Counted from the first letter of the stretch, positions 38,393 through 50,796 are shown. The stretch: 64,000 nt of DNA from Octopus sinensis (GCF_006345805.1 NC_043015.1:46190001-46254000), one strand, 5' to 3'. Program-made: numbers and translations. The notes: generated from the sequence alone by a model not told the origin.

Positions 38393-40227
38393 GTGTGTGT
38401 GTGTGTGTGTGTATTCCTCATTTATATACTTTTTCATTCCTACAAAACTGCATTGTCCCTAACCTAGATTGATTATTTAAATTCCACTATTATTTCTCTT
38501 TTCTCTGTTAATACTTTATCTAATAAGAATACACCTAATAATAATAATAATTGATTCCACTGAATCCATATACATATGCATGCATGCATGCATCCGTCGT
38601 CGTTTAACGTCCGTTTTCCATGCTAGCATGGGTTGGACGGTTCGACCAGGATCTGGGAAGCCAGAAGGCTGCACCAGGCTCTAGTCTGATCTGGCAGTGT
38701 TTCTACAGCAGCATGCCCTTCCTAAAGCCAACCACTCCGTGAGTGTAGTGGGTGCTTTTTAAGTGCCAGGCGAGGCTAGCAACGGCCACAATCGGATTGT
38801 AAACGGAACCCTTCCTCACTTTAAACAAACATCCTCAACAAATGTCTTTCAGAGGATGTTTGATTCCGGTTATATCGAAATTAAGGTGGGGAAAAAAATT
38901 TTAAATGATGGGCAGGCATTATACATACTGGCAGGTATTGCAATATTTTACAAAATGGATCTTTTCGGTTTGAACGGCAGCTTTTTAAAATAATTTCCAC
39001 ATAACTAAACACTTTAAAAATTCGTATACTGGTAGAATGTGTTTATAAAACATCTTTTTCTCTAGGCTTTATTGAGAAAATTCTATAGTTTGTAAGATAT
39101 TTGTTCTTTTTTTTTCTTCAATTTCTGCAATTTCAACCAATCAATGACGTCTATTGAGGTGAAAACATTCTGTGCCGTATGAATATGTCCCTCGTTTAAG
39201 AAACAGATTGGGTTTATTTACATTGCTGAAGAAAAAAAGATACCCTCCACCCCCTAACCCTAAAACAGATTGAAATGCAATAGATCGATACTAGTGTCAT
39301 AATTATGGGTGACAATTTCATATGACACCGCTAGAAAAAACTGCCGTTCAAACCGAAAAGATCCTACAAAATTTCAAGTCTTATTCTGTAGTTTCATTTG
39401 AGATGTATCTCTATGTATGTTTGTGCCCCACTTTTTTTCCCCCCATTAAATTCCGATATAATTGTAACTTTAAAAAAAAATATCCATTTTACTGAAAGTT
39501 ATGAAGAAACAAATTCGAGGGCGATCTTTCGTCTCTAGTAGACCTTTCCGTCGATTTCCGTAAAAAAATGTTTTTTTAAACATGGGCTTGCGGGAACTTT
39601 TGAAGTAATATACATACATATACACATACACCGAGTAAAAAATTTCAGTTATCTCTCTCTTTCACACATTACTCTGTCTCTTCACACACGCTAACAGAAG
39701 CACTTCACTTACACACACATACTGTCTGTCTCCCACACCCCATCAACACACCACACACACACACATGTACATCAATGCTTCCCCTGGATGGTAACTTCAA
39801 AAGAACTTCCCCTCGTCATAAAATCGCTTTCTCTTAGTCTCTTTCGCTCTCATTACTTCAAAAGGTTCCCGCAAGCCCATATGTAAAAAAAAAATTTTTT
39901 TTACGGAAATCGACGGAAAGGTCTACTAGAGACGAAAGATCGCCTATATAATATATATATATATATATATATAATATATATAATATATATATACACACAA
40001 ACATGTATGCGCGAATCTTTCATTTGCATACGCGCAAGTCGTTGAAATTAATTAATAAAATATATAAAATTCCAAAATTAAATATTTAAATTAAAGTTAA
40101 AATTAATAATTTAAACTTATAATATTTAAATATAATATATATATTTTTATTTATTTATTTATTTTGGATTTACTCCCTAATATTATTATTATATATATAT
40201 ATATATAGATGTGTGTGTGTGTGTGTG

Positions 40228-40262
<35 letters not shown>

Positions 40263-40264
40263 AT

Positions 40265-40329
<65 letters not shown>

Positions 40330-40359
40330 TATATATATATATATATATATATAATATAT

Positions 40360-40390
<31 letters not shown>

Positions 40391-41433
40391 ATATATTTAG
40401 AGGGAAACCCTGTGTGGACACCCATATGCTAGAAATAGATCCGCTACGGTCTCACCACGAAGAAATGTTCTCAAGAAAAATTAGCAAAACAACCAAAAAC
40501 GAATCGAGCAAGACAAAGAAAAGTAATAAAAATGTGGATTATAAATATATATATATATACATAATATATATAATATATATAATATATATATACATATATA
40601 TATAAATATATATATATATATTATATACATATATATATAATATATATATTATTATATATATATATATGCATATATAATTTGGTGTGTATGTGGTAGACAC
40701 TATAATATACAATTCTCTCTCTATCTCTCACTCCTGCTGTTCATAAATCTCTTTAACTTTGATTGTTATATTTATTATTCATTCCTATTTCCAGGGTTGG
40801 AGGTTCCACCTTCGGTTTTTAAACTTCTTAGAGATTTAAAATTCACAAATTCAAGATTTTCGAAATAATTTCATATCCCACGGAGAAATGGCTAAATCAG
40901 TCGAAGACACTCATTAATATTTAATGTTATGCTTTGCTGTTGTTTTTACTTTTAAATCTTTTGGATTCGAGGGAGAAGAGTTTCGGATAATTCACACAAC
41001 TCGAATTGGCGATCGCCGTACTCAAATACCCGGGGTAGGGTAATATGCTTTATTTAAAAGCAGCAGAAAATCCAACAAAACCTGTTACTCGGAGTTTCAC
41101 GTTCCCCGTTCGTCGGACAGTTTTGTTAAAATAGAACCGATATGACAATTCTATCAAGACTAGAATAAACGTTACACCTTTAAAAATGGACTTGTATATA
41201 TATATATATATATATATATAATTTGGTAAACAACAAAATGTTCAGATAACTGTCTTAAACATTTAGACAAGCAAATACATATTTCAAATGTGTGACACGA
41301 GGCATTATTCCCTACAAATATCCATGTATTTATATATTAAGGGTTAGATCAGGGCTTTTCGACCTTTTTGCAGGACCGGAACCCCAAGAAAACATTTCAC
41401 TGGCTCGAGGAACCCCTGTGCAATAATTTTATA

Positions 41434-41470
<37 letters not shown>

Positions 41471-41784
41471 ATAAATAATAAGGGTGAAATTAGAATTTGG
41501 AATAATCATTAATTTCACCAAGTAGATTTCGGCATGTAAAAGCCCCATTCAAGGAAGGTTTAAGTAATACAAATTCGGTGTGTGGTGAGGCAAATCGTTG
41601 CTAAACCCTTAATTACTTAGTATATATATATATATATATATATTATAGAAGGAGCTTCTACAGGACTAGAACTGTTTCATTCAAATGAAATCATCAAGCT
41701 CCTTCTATAAAATAACTTAATTTACTCTGCCATGTATTGAGTACCTTATTTACTGTGGTTTAAACCCCGACTCAACCCGGGACC

Positions 41785-41828
<44 letters not shown>

Positions 41829-41968
41829 GTGTGTGTGTGTATGTATGTATACATAAAAAGCGCAACAAATTATACGATTGAAAACCTTTGCGTAGCCGTG
41901 TTTTTAGTAGAAATAAAAGAAAGAAGTGGATAATAGACTTTACCTTCTGTCTTTTTCGGATTTCTCAT
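31326..41968 (-). CDS. Five-exon gene for an unrecognised ~117-aa protein (MRNPKKTEVTGTFPSKQTVKWSDMKTG...DDTPAL); one apparent 1-bp frameshift in exon 4
   Basis: Exons 41944-41968, 36447-36528, 35093-35192, 33532-33610 and 31326-31392 have canonical GT-AG sites. Phases join in frame for exons 1-4; joining exon 4 to 5 needs +1 nt. Confidence 0.75.
33532..33610 (-). CDS. Exon 4 of hidden gene: LNEKKHTITIK then VPKDITQLSIPMVFG in a shifted frame
   Basis: Acceptor tttttcttttatgacag, donor CTT|gtaagt, 79 bp; 80 bp would keep the frame. Confidence 0.75.
34189..34558 (+). mobile_element. Non-autonomous Helitron, family B
   Basis: TC-TATATATAAAC start; long 3' hairpin ending in CTAG. Confidence 0.8.
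34703..34737 (+). ncRNA. Minimal type I hammerhead-like motif (Penelope style)
   Basis: gttt-CCGACGA-A-gagc tcc gctc-GAAA-cgtt-aaac; palindromic ACGT stem III. Confidence 0.6.
35093..35192 (-). CDS. Exon 3 of hidden gene: NDLIGKIEIGGEVKYYRLDLGRHLAQGYEAIPT
   Basis: Acceptor aattcattttacag, donor ACA|gtaagt, 100 bp, open in the frame set by exon 2. Confidence 0.85.
35699..36351. mobile_element. piggyBac-type MITE, family 2, interrupted by a SINE
   Basis: Same termini; SINE A at 35740-36148 lies inside. Confidence 0.72.
36447..36528 (-). CDS. Exon 2 of hidden gene: VTGTFPSKQTVKWSDMKTGSDPDAYIEG
   Basis: Acceptor ttattaaccatttcag, donor AGG|gtaggt, 82 bp. Confidence 0.8.
38957..39364. mobile_element. 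Merlin-like MITE, family 1
   Basis: Perfect terminal TIRs; perfect 8-bp TSD tacaaaat. Confidence 0.85.
39520..39944. mobile_element. Merlin-like MITE, family 2
   Basis: ~50-bp TIR GGCGATCTTTCGTCTCTAGTAGACC..; interior shared with 27029-27460; no TSD visible. Confidence 0.72.
39945..40680. repeat. (TA)n-rich tracts; similar at 24760-24905, 43255-43385, 43705-43885, 45870-46220, 59705-59855, 63260-63465, 63805-64000
   Basis: Seen directly. Confidence 0.95.
41074..41127 (-). ncRNA. Type I hammerhead ribozyme-like motif (CCGACGA core)
   Basis: Stem I aacaaaactgt/acag-g-ttttgtt; stem II acg/cgt; GAAA; stem III act/agt; triplet GUA. Confidence 0.7.
41944..41968 (-). CDS. Exon 1 (coding part) of hidden gene: MRNPKKTE+G
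   Basis: ATG at 41968, donor AAG|gtaaag, phase 1 matches exon 2, CpG-containing flank. Confidence 0.65.
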
Positions 41969-42200
41969 GAAGACTGTCTATTCAAAAACAACGACCAAGT
42001 GGAAGCGGCCACCGACTGCCTAATTAACGCTGTGTGCTGAGGCGGGGGGGGGGGGGGGTAGATGAACGAGCTGAAGGAGAAGAGAAAGGACCAATCGATG
42101 GATGCTTTGTAAGTGGTGGTGGTCTGTGAGAGATGCTAAGAGCAGGCGCGAGGCGATTGTGAAACGAGAGTAAAGCAACAAATGAATATGAAATTAAACA
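41969..42200 (-). promoter_or_regulatory. Putative 5' UTR/promoter of hidden gene
   Basis: Locally GC/CpG-rich unique sequence with a long G/C run, upstream of the ATG. Confidence 0.45.
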
Positions 42201-42657
42201 TGGAATAACATTTCGTCGGATCTAAAATATGTAAATAAACACACACGCGCGCAAACACATTTGTGCATTCACACACACGCATAGATGTACATAAATGGGT
42301 ATATATGAGTGTATGTGTGTATATGTATATATGTATATATATATATATATATTATATATATATATATATATATCAACAATTGAGGGTAAAATTAATTAGT
42401 TATTAATCAATTTCACCAAGTATTCAGTATGTAAAAGGACCATTTAAGGCGAATTCAAAATATTACATTATATAATTAGGGCTTAGTAAAATAAATTACT
42501 TTGCCACATACTGAACTTTCTAGAATAGCAGCCAAAAAGTTTTTTAGCCATTTCCACTACTTTCTTTAAGTAGGGAAATGGCTAAAAAACTTTTTTGGCT
42601 GCTATTTCTAGAAAGTTCAGTATGTGGCAAAGTAATTTATTTTACTAAGCCCTAATT

Positions 42658-42702
<45 letters not shown>

Positions 42703-43267
42703 GTGTGTGTGTGTCACGTAATCACGTGACCGACTAGGCTATCAGATGTTGTTACACATCGCTGGTCACATTGTTTTAGCCTTCAAACGAGGCCACCACG
42801 CCGCTGGCTAAGTGAGCAGGCCAACAGAAGAAAGAGTGAGAGAAAGTTGTAGCGAAAGAGTACAGCAGGGATCGCCACCACCCCCTGCCGGATACTCGTG
42901 GAGCTTTAGGTGTTTTCGCTAAATAAACACACAACACCCGGTCTGGAAATTATAACCTGTTTCTTTATTGCCCACAAGGGGCTAAACATAGAGAGGACAA
43001 ACAAGGACAGACAAACGGATTAAGTCGATTATATCAACCCCAGTGCGTAACTGGTACTTAATTTATCGACCCCGAGAGGATGAAAGGCAAAGTCGACCTC
43101 GGCGGAGTTTGAACTCAGAACATAACGGCAGACGAAATACCGCTAAGCATTTCGCGCCCGCGTGCTAACGGTTCTGCCAGCTCGCCGCCTTGCTCGTCTG
43201 GAAATTATAAACCGCGAGTCCGCTTCCCTAACCACTGGCCATTGCGCCTCCACACACACATATATAT

Positions 43268-43329
<62 letters not shown>

Positions 43330-43335
43330 TATTAT

Positions 43336-43389
<54 letters not shown>

Positions 43390-43753
43390 GCAAAATTAAG
43401 GAACGGCCATAATAGGCCATTCAACCCACTAGAAATAACAGCCAAGGCTTCAACCGCAAAACAATATTAATTCCGTAAAAAGTATTACAGGGTGAATGTT
43501 TTTAAAATTTCTCCTGTTTACGGAATTAATATGTTTTGCGGTTGAAGCCTTGGCTGTTATTTCTAGTGGGTTGAATGGCCTATTATGGCCGTTCCTTAAT
43601 TTTGCTGTTGAATTTATAAATGGTCTATGACTATTTACTTTTTTCCCACTAGACCGCTGGTGGCAAAAAAATTCTGCGAAATTTTTTGCCACCCTATATT
43701 AATTAATTATATATATATATATATTACATATATATCCATATATATATATATAT

Positions 43754-43793
<40 letters not shown>

Positions 43794-43830
43794 ATATATA
43801 TATATATCCATATAATATATATATATATAT

Positions 43831-43877
<47 letters not shown>

Positions 43878-45160
43878 ATATATATAGGCACAGGAGTGGC
43901 TGTGTGGTAAGTAGCTTGCTTACCAGCCACATGGTTCCGGGTTCATTCCCACTGTATGGCACCTTGCACAAGTGTCTTCTACAATAGCCACGGGCCGACC
44001 AAACCCTTGTGAGACGGAAACTGAAAGAAGCCCGTCGTATATATGTATATATATATGTATGTGTGTGTATATGTTTATGTGTCTGTTTGTCTCCCCAACA
44101 TCGCTTGACAACCGATGATGGTGTGTTTGCGTCCCCATAACTTAGCAGTCCGGCAGAAGCGACTGATAGAATCAGTACTAGGCTTACAAGTCCTGGGGTC
44201 GATTTGTTTGACTAAAGGTGAGGCTCCAGCATGGCCACTGTCAAATGACTGAAACAGGTAAAAGAGTAAGAGTACTATCATCATCATCATCGTTTGACGT
44301 CCGCTTTCCATGCTGGCATGGGTTGGATGGTTTGACTGGGGACTGGTGAGCCAGATGGCTGCACCAGGCTCCAATCTGATCTGGAAGAGTTTCTACAGCT
44401 TGATGCCCTTCCTAACGCCAACCACTCTGAGAGTGCAGTGGGGGCTTTTACGTGCCACTAGCACGAGGGCCAGTGAGGCGGTACTGGCAAAGGCCACGCT
44501 CAAATGGTGTTTTTTATGTGCCACCTGCACAGGAGCCAGCCCAGTGGCACTGGCAATGCCCTCGCTCCAATGTTGTTTATCATGTGCCACTGGCACAAGT
44601 GCCAGTAAGTCGACGCTGGTAATGATCACGCTTAAATAGTGCTTTTTACGAGGTGGCCTCCATGCCGGTGGAACATAAAAGCACCCACTACACTCTTGGA
44701 GTGGTTGGCGTTAGGAAGGGTATCCAGCAGTAGAAACTCTACCAGATCAGATTGGAGTTTGGTTCACCAGACCTCAGTCAAATCGTCCAACCCTTGCTAG
44801 CATGGGAAGCAGACATTAAACAATGATGACGATATATATATATATATATGTGTGTGTGTGTATATATATATATATCATCATCATCGTCGTTTAACGTCCG
44901 TTCTCCATGCTAGCATGGGTTGGACGGTTCGACCGGGGTTCTGGGAAGCCAGAAGGCTGCACCATCCTCCAGTCTAATTTGGCAATGTTTCTACAGCTGG
45001 ATGCCCTTCCTAACGCCAACCACTCCGTGATGTAGTGGGTGCTTTTACGTGCCACCTGCACAGGTGCCAGGCGGGGCTGGCAACGGCCACGGTCAGATTG
45101 GTGTATTTTATGTGCCACCGCACGGAAGCCAGTCGAGGCGGTGCTGGCATCGGCCACAAG

Positions 45161-45680
45161 TCGGATAGTGCTTTTTACGTACCACCAGACCAGGATCTGG
45201 CTGGTTCAATTCGATTTCGATTTCGCTTGCCCCAACATGTCTTCACAAGCAAAGGGGGTTGGCAAGGGTGCCTGTCGTACGGTCGCATTGGAGTATTTTA
45301 CGTGCCACGGCCACGAGTCGGATAGTGCTTTTTACGTACCACCAGACCAGGGATCCTGGCTGGTTCATTCGATTTCGATTTCGCTTGCCCCAACATGTCT
45401 TCACAAGCAAAGGGGGTTGGCAAGGGTGCCTGTCGTACGGTCGCATTGGAGTATTTTACGTGCCACGCCACGAGTCGGATAGTGCTTTTTACGTACCACC
45501 AGACCAGGGATCCTGGCTGGTTCATTCGATTCGATTTCGCTTCCCCAACATGTCTTCACAACAAAGGGGGTTGGCAAGGGTGCCTGTCGTACGGTCGCAT
45601 TGAGTATTTTACGTGCCACGGCCCCGAGTCGGATAGTGCTTTTTACGTACCACCAGGCCAGGGATCCTGGCTGGTTCAAT
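45161..45680. repeat. ~157-bp tandem repeat (about 3.3 units) within an RTE UTR
   Basis: tcggatag recurs at 45161, 45318, 45475 and 45629. Confidence 0.9.
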
Positions 45681-45695
45681 TCATATATATATATA

Positions 45696-45740
<45 letters not shown>

Positions 45741-46115
45741 ATATATATATATGTGGCCTGCTCGCTTAGCCAGCGGGGTGGCATCATTCGAAGGCTAAAA
45801 CAATGCGAACGCATTGTGACCAGCGATGTGTAGCAACATCTGATGGTCTGGTTGGTCACGTGATCACGTGATATATATATATATGTATTGTATGTATATA
45901 TATATATGTATATGTATATATATATATGTATATGTATATATATATATGTATATGTATATATATATATGTATATATATATGTATATGTGTGTATATATATA
46001 TATGTATATGTGTATATATATATATGTATATGTTATATATATATATGTATATGTGTATATATATATATATATTATATATATATATATGTAATGTATATAT
46101 ATATACATACATATA

Positions 46116-46164
<49 letters not shown>

Positions 46165-46417
46165 TACATACATCATACATACATACATACATATACATAC
46201 ATACATACATACACATACATACATACATACATACATACAGAGGTGTAAATCCATTACGACCGTTTCTAACAACTCTTTAATTGATTAATGAAAACATTAC
46301 ATCATTGGAAACAAACAAATAACAATAATAATAATAATAATAATAATGAAATTATTGTATACAGTGCTCAGTGCACCACAAACAGACTGTTTTCATCAGG
46401 TGAATTCATGAACTTCA

Positions 46418-46648
46418 AGGCGGCAAGCTGGCAGAAACGTCAGCACACTGGGCGAAATGCTTAGCAGTATTGCGTCTGTCGTTGCGGTCTGAGTTCAAAT
46501 TCCGCCGTGGTCGACTTTGCCTTTCATTCTTTCGGGGTCGATAAATTAAGTACCAGTTACGCACTGGGGTCGATGTAATCGACTTAATCCGTTTGTCTGT
46601 CCTTGTTTGTCCCCTCTATGTTTAGGCCCTTGTGGGCAATAAAGAAAC
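46418..46648 (+). mobile_element. tRNA-derived SINE family B (Nin/Deu-like domain). Other copies 3310-3548, 11381-11612, 37880-37990, 42956-43192 (all -)
   Basis: B box gagttcaaattc; gcctttcat.ctttcggggtcgataaattaagtaccag; flanked by duplicated tgaattcatgaacttcaa. Confidence 0.88.
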
Positions 46649-47918
46649 AGATGAATTCATGAACTTCAAAATAAAGGACATTTTAAGTGATTTAACATAG
46701 TTAAAATCTGTTGTGCCTGGGGAGAGTCATTCTCTTTTAGTGCCTTATTATTTAACACACTCACCGGTAAAATTTCCGCTTATTTCATTTTTTTATTTTC
46801 TTAAAATTTTTGTTGCGTGTTGCAACCTTTTCAATAGTTTTGACTCTGTCCGTTATTTACACTGCGTTCCCTTTTGTTTGTTTGTGCAAATGTGTGTGGG
46901 TCAGTGTGTGTGTGTGTGTGTGCCTATACATGCATGCATGTACGTATGTATGTGTGTGTGTGTTTTAGGAGGGGGAAGGAATAATATGCTTCAGTGACCC
47001 ACTTATCTTTACCTGTAACAAGAGAGGAAGGTATGGCTCTACTTGTCTACGTTCATATATTAAAGAGCTGTTTAATGTCAACTGGTTAGTGGCAAGAAAA
47101 GATCTTCTCTAATCATTCCACCTGTGTAAAATTAATTGTCTATGCTTGCATCTGAAAGAGGAAACAATGGCTGCATCTTTTTAATTTTGTAGAATATACC
47201 AGTACTATGGAATAGTGTGTCACATTGCATATTTTAGCCATAATACCGAGAAAAAAACAGACAGAGACACCCCACCCACCAAAGGTATTGTTTGTGTTAT
47301 AATATACTAAGGTATGTATCTTTAAGAGGTAAGTAAGACAAGATAGTGAGATAATAGCTTGTTATTGTTACGAGGTAACCCTAACCCTAACCCCGAAAGC
47401 AATACAGGGACCACACCAAAGATTTTGATTGAGTGAGTGTGCTTATGATGGTGTGTTACTAAACTCTCTGGTCGAAGTGAGCATTGTGTCAATCGTGCCA
47501 TGGTACAATATTTTTCAGCTGGAATTTTGACCTCATTGCAAGCCTCACCAGTTTTTCCTCCCAAATTTTTTTTCGATTTGAGACATCAACACAACGAAAA
47601 ATGATATATCAACCTCGAAAATGGCCAGGGTGGTGTATACGACACTCTGTTACTAAACGCTTCAGTTGTAATGAATGTAAAAATGAGGATAGATGAAATT
47701 TATACCAGAGATATTAAGAGGATAAAAGTAAAAATATACTTTTGAACATATGTACCAACTGTGGGAGGGTAACAATAAGACATGTTAAATATTAAGTATT
47801 AAATACAAGGTAAATAATTAAAAATCATTTAAAATGTATAAAGTTGTGTATCCAGATATAGAAATTTAAAGACTTATTTCTTTTATAAATTTCGTATATC
47901 CTCATTTTTACCCTAATA

Positions 47919-48453
47919 TCTATATATATAAAACTGTAGTTGTGTGACTGTCTGTCCCCTTCGATTTAGATTCCTAACTCCTCCCACATTTTGCGGTGCA
48001 GTTTAACCAAATTCGGGTATCTTATAGTCGTGATTAATATCGAGCCCGTCTGGCTATTAGCGCGCGTCTACGATGAGTCTACGATTTAAAAAAATTTAAC
48101 ATCATTTTTTATTCCATTTTTAATGCATAATTTTTCGTGTGTCGATGGCGGCGGAGTTGGCGTCCACACTCAAACACCTGCACCTGTGTTTGCTTCTCCC
48201 CCTTCTTCCCTCCCTCGTGAAGCTGTGGGGAAGGGAGTGTAAGGAAATCAACGTCGTAAAGCGTTGTCAAGGAGACCAGCGTTCTTTTAGAACAACGACT
48301 CCATGGCTTGAAGACACTGAGTCAACGATTTAAAAAAAAAATTATCATCATTTTTTATTCCATTTTTAATGCCTTTTTTTGCAATAACTCTCTAAAAATG
48401 CTTATATAGTTATTTCCCTTACAAACCTGAGCAACGCCGGGAGATACTGCTAG
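47919..48453 (+). mobile_element. Non-autonomous Helitron, family A
   Basis: Near-identical to 10711-11223 with the same termini. Confidence 0.85.
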
Positions 48454-49781
48454 TTATTTATATACTATATGTTTCTTTAAAATTTTAATTTTCTTATTAC
48501 TTTTATATTTTTATTTTTCTTGTAATTTAGATACCTTTTAACTGTTTACCTATATTTAATTTTTCATTTCTCTTATTGCTATAATATCATTTCTATGCTT
48601 AATTGTAGCAGGTTCATTTTATTCCCATACAATGATTCCCAGTCACAGTTTAGAGCCTTGCCCCCATAACCCTTATTCCTTTATCCTTCAAAGTCTCCTT
48701 TTATTAATATTGTGGTAATTAGTAACAGTTAGTCAGCTTTATGTTCCCCTTATCCTCCCTCCCCTATCCATCACTTCCTTATTACTGCCCATGGAGATAG
48801 AGCTTGTATGTTTGGTTCTATAAAAATTATCGCCCTTAGACCCTTCATTTATTTTTGAAATGTGATTTTGTACATGTAGGGCTGCTAGAAACTCAGAACC
48901 ACTTCCATTGCCTTCATTGTGAAATTGTATACAAGAATTAATTTTTAGTTTTTACATTGATGTTGTAGTTTTTCTTCCTGTAGGTGGACAGACATACACA
49001 GACATCTATTTTTATTATATATATACATGTATATATATGTGTATACACACACACACACAATAATAATAATATGCCAAAACGAATTTCTGTTTGTCAGTGT
49101 CTCAGACTTTGACCCTCCTCTCTCACTATTCAATGACACTTCTATTATTCCTCATGTTGGGGTGAGAGAAATAGTAGGCATAGAGATGGTGAGGGTTGTA
49201 GTAAAATGACAACTGTGATAGTAATTGTTCATGAGCTGTAGTTGTGATAGAGTTGGAGGCGATAGTGATGATGGTGATAGTAAGTGATGTGAAAGAGAAT
49301 GGTGATGAAGGTGGAGGGAAAGGCAGCGAAGTCAAAGGAATTGATGGTGATGGCGTCATAATGGTGTGTGTATGGCAGTTGTAGTAGTGGTGGTGATAGT
49401 TAAAAACAATCAGCAGAAAGAGAGAAAGAGAAAGCGATTAGATGGAAAAAAAGATTGTACTGACCCCCCCAGTGGGAAGAAAAAATGTTTATCTTGCAGC
49501 TTTGCAACAAGTCGACAAATTATATCATTGTTTTGATGAAAATTGTTCATTGCTTGAAAAGCATTGGTCAAGTTTAATAAAATTTAATATGTACTCAATG
49601 CATGAAGTGTCATTGTTGGGCCCAAGATTCAATGAAGAGCCCTCCACAGGAGCTAGATTCAAAGCTGCTAATAGGACAGCTTTTAAGCTAGTATATGTAT
49701 ATATATAGAACGCCATGATTGATCGTTAGCTCCTACACGCATTTTTTTCTCTCCTTGTTTCTCTCCTTTTTTTTCTGTGTA

Positions 49782-49819
49782 TCTTTCTGTCGAAGAGCGT
49801 AGGCTCGAAATGTAAAAGA
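49782..49819 (+). ncRNA. Degenerate minimal hammerhead-like motif
   Basis: tcttt-CTGTCGA-A-gagc gtag gctc-GAAA-tgta-aaaga; core A6 is mutated. Confidence 0.45.
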
Positions 49820-49915
49820 CTTGTTCTATTTCTATTCCTGAGTGCCATACTAATACATTTGTTTGTTTGTACTCCACCTGCCTTCATCTTTCGTTTATTT
49901 TCGTAAACCTTCCCG

Positions 49916-49946
<31 letters not shown>

Positions 49947-50167
49947 ATAGTAAAAAGTGAAAAAACTACAGAAGGCTTGTTTTAAAAGGTTGAAAAATAT
50001 ATATTTGAGTCAATATGTCTGAAGAATGTTATAATTTTTTTTCATACAATGACATAGTTTTTAAAACAAGCCTTCTGTAGTTTTTTCACTTTTTACTATT
50101 TTCTATATATTCAACCACGTGTTTTCACACACCAACTTTCTCACCTGTATATATATATATATATATA

Positions 50168-50295
50168 CAGGGTGATTCAAAAGGCACCATGCATAAGAAC
50201 AATTTATTTTTTTATAAGAATCAGTTTTTTTTTTATTTAACTGTTACTTATAAAAAAAAAATTTTACTATGTATGGTGACTTTTGAATCACCCTG
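50168..50295. mobile_element. Tc1/mariner-type MITE (128 bp)
   Basis: TA|CAGGGTGATTCAAAA ... TTTTGAATCACCCTG|TA. Confidence 0.8.
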
Positions 50296-50519
50296 TAAAA
50301 ATATTTTTTATACCCTCAATAAACATTGGATATAAATTAACAAAGCAGAGGTAAAAAATCAATGTGTTTACACGATATTATTAGGGATTGTATTAAAAAA
50401 TTGTTGAAATATTTTGAGTACTGTAGAAGCACAGCTGAGTTATTGCAGATGAGGGCACATAGCTCAGTGGTTAGAGTGTCAGGCTCACAATCCTGAGGTA
50501 GTGAGTTCCATTCATACAA

Positions 50520-50770
50520 GTTTAGGATAAACTTGCCAGGCACAGCCTTCAGTGACAGCCCACTTGCCCAAGATGCAAGCAGAGCTGGGAAACTGTTCTG
50601 CATGCTATTTTGCAGTGTCTGAAGTTATTGAAGTTGTGGGTTTATGTCGAACACCTGCTGTCACGTTTAAGAAGAGTACAGGTGTCTTCCAAGTCTATTA
50701 TAAAGATTGTTCCTCCAGCCTCTCTGAAAAGGAGGAGAAGGTCTATTTGTTCATACCAGTGACTTTCAGA
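50520..50770 (+). mobile_element. L1/Tx1-like ORF2 C-terminal zinc-knuckle remnant
   Basis: Translation PTCPRCKQSWETVLHAILQC (CCHC). Confidence 0.65.
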
Positions 50771-50796
50771 ATCACAATTTGAAATGTAGTACTTAA

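Noticed and set aside
47373-47395. Telomere-like CCCTAA repeats (also inside Merlin-like MITEs)
   Set aside because: Only two to three units; not an interstitial telomere array.
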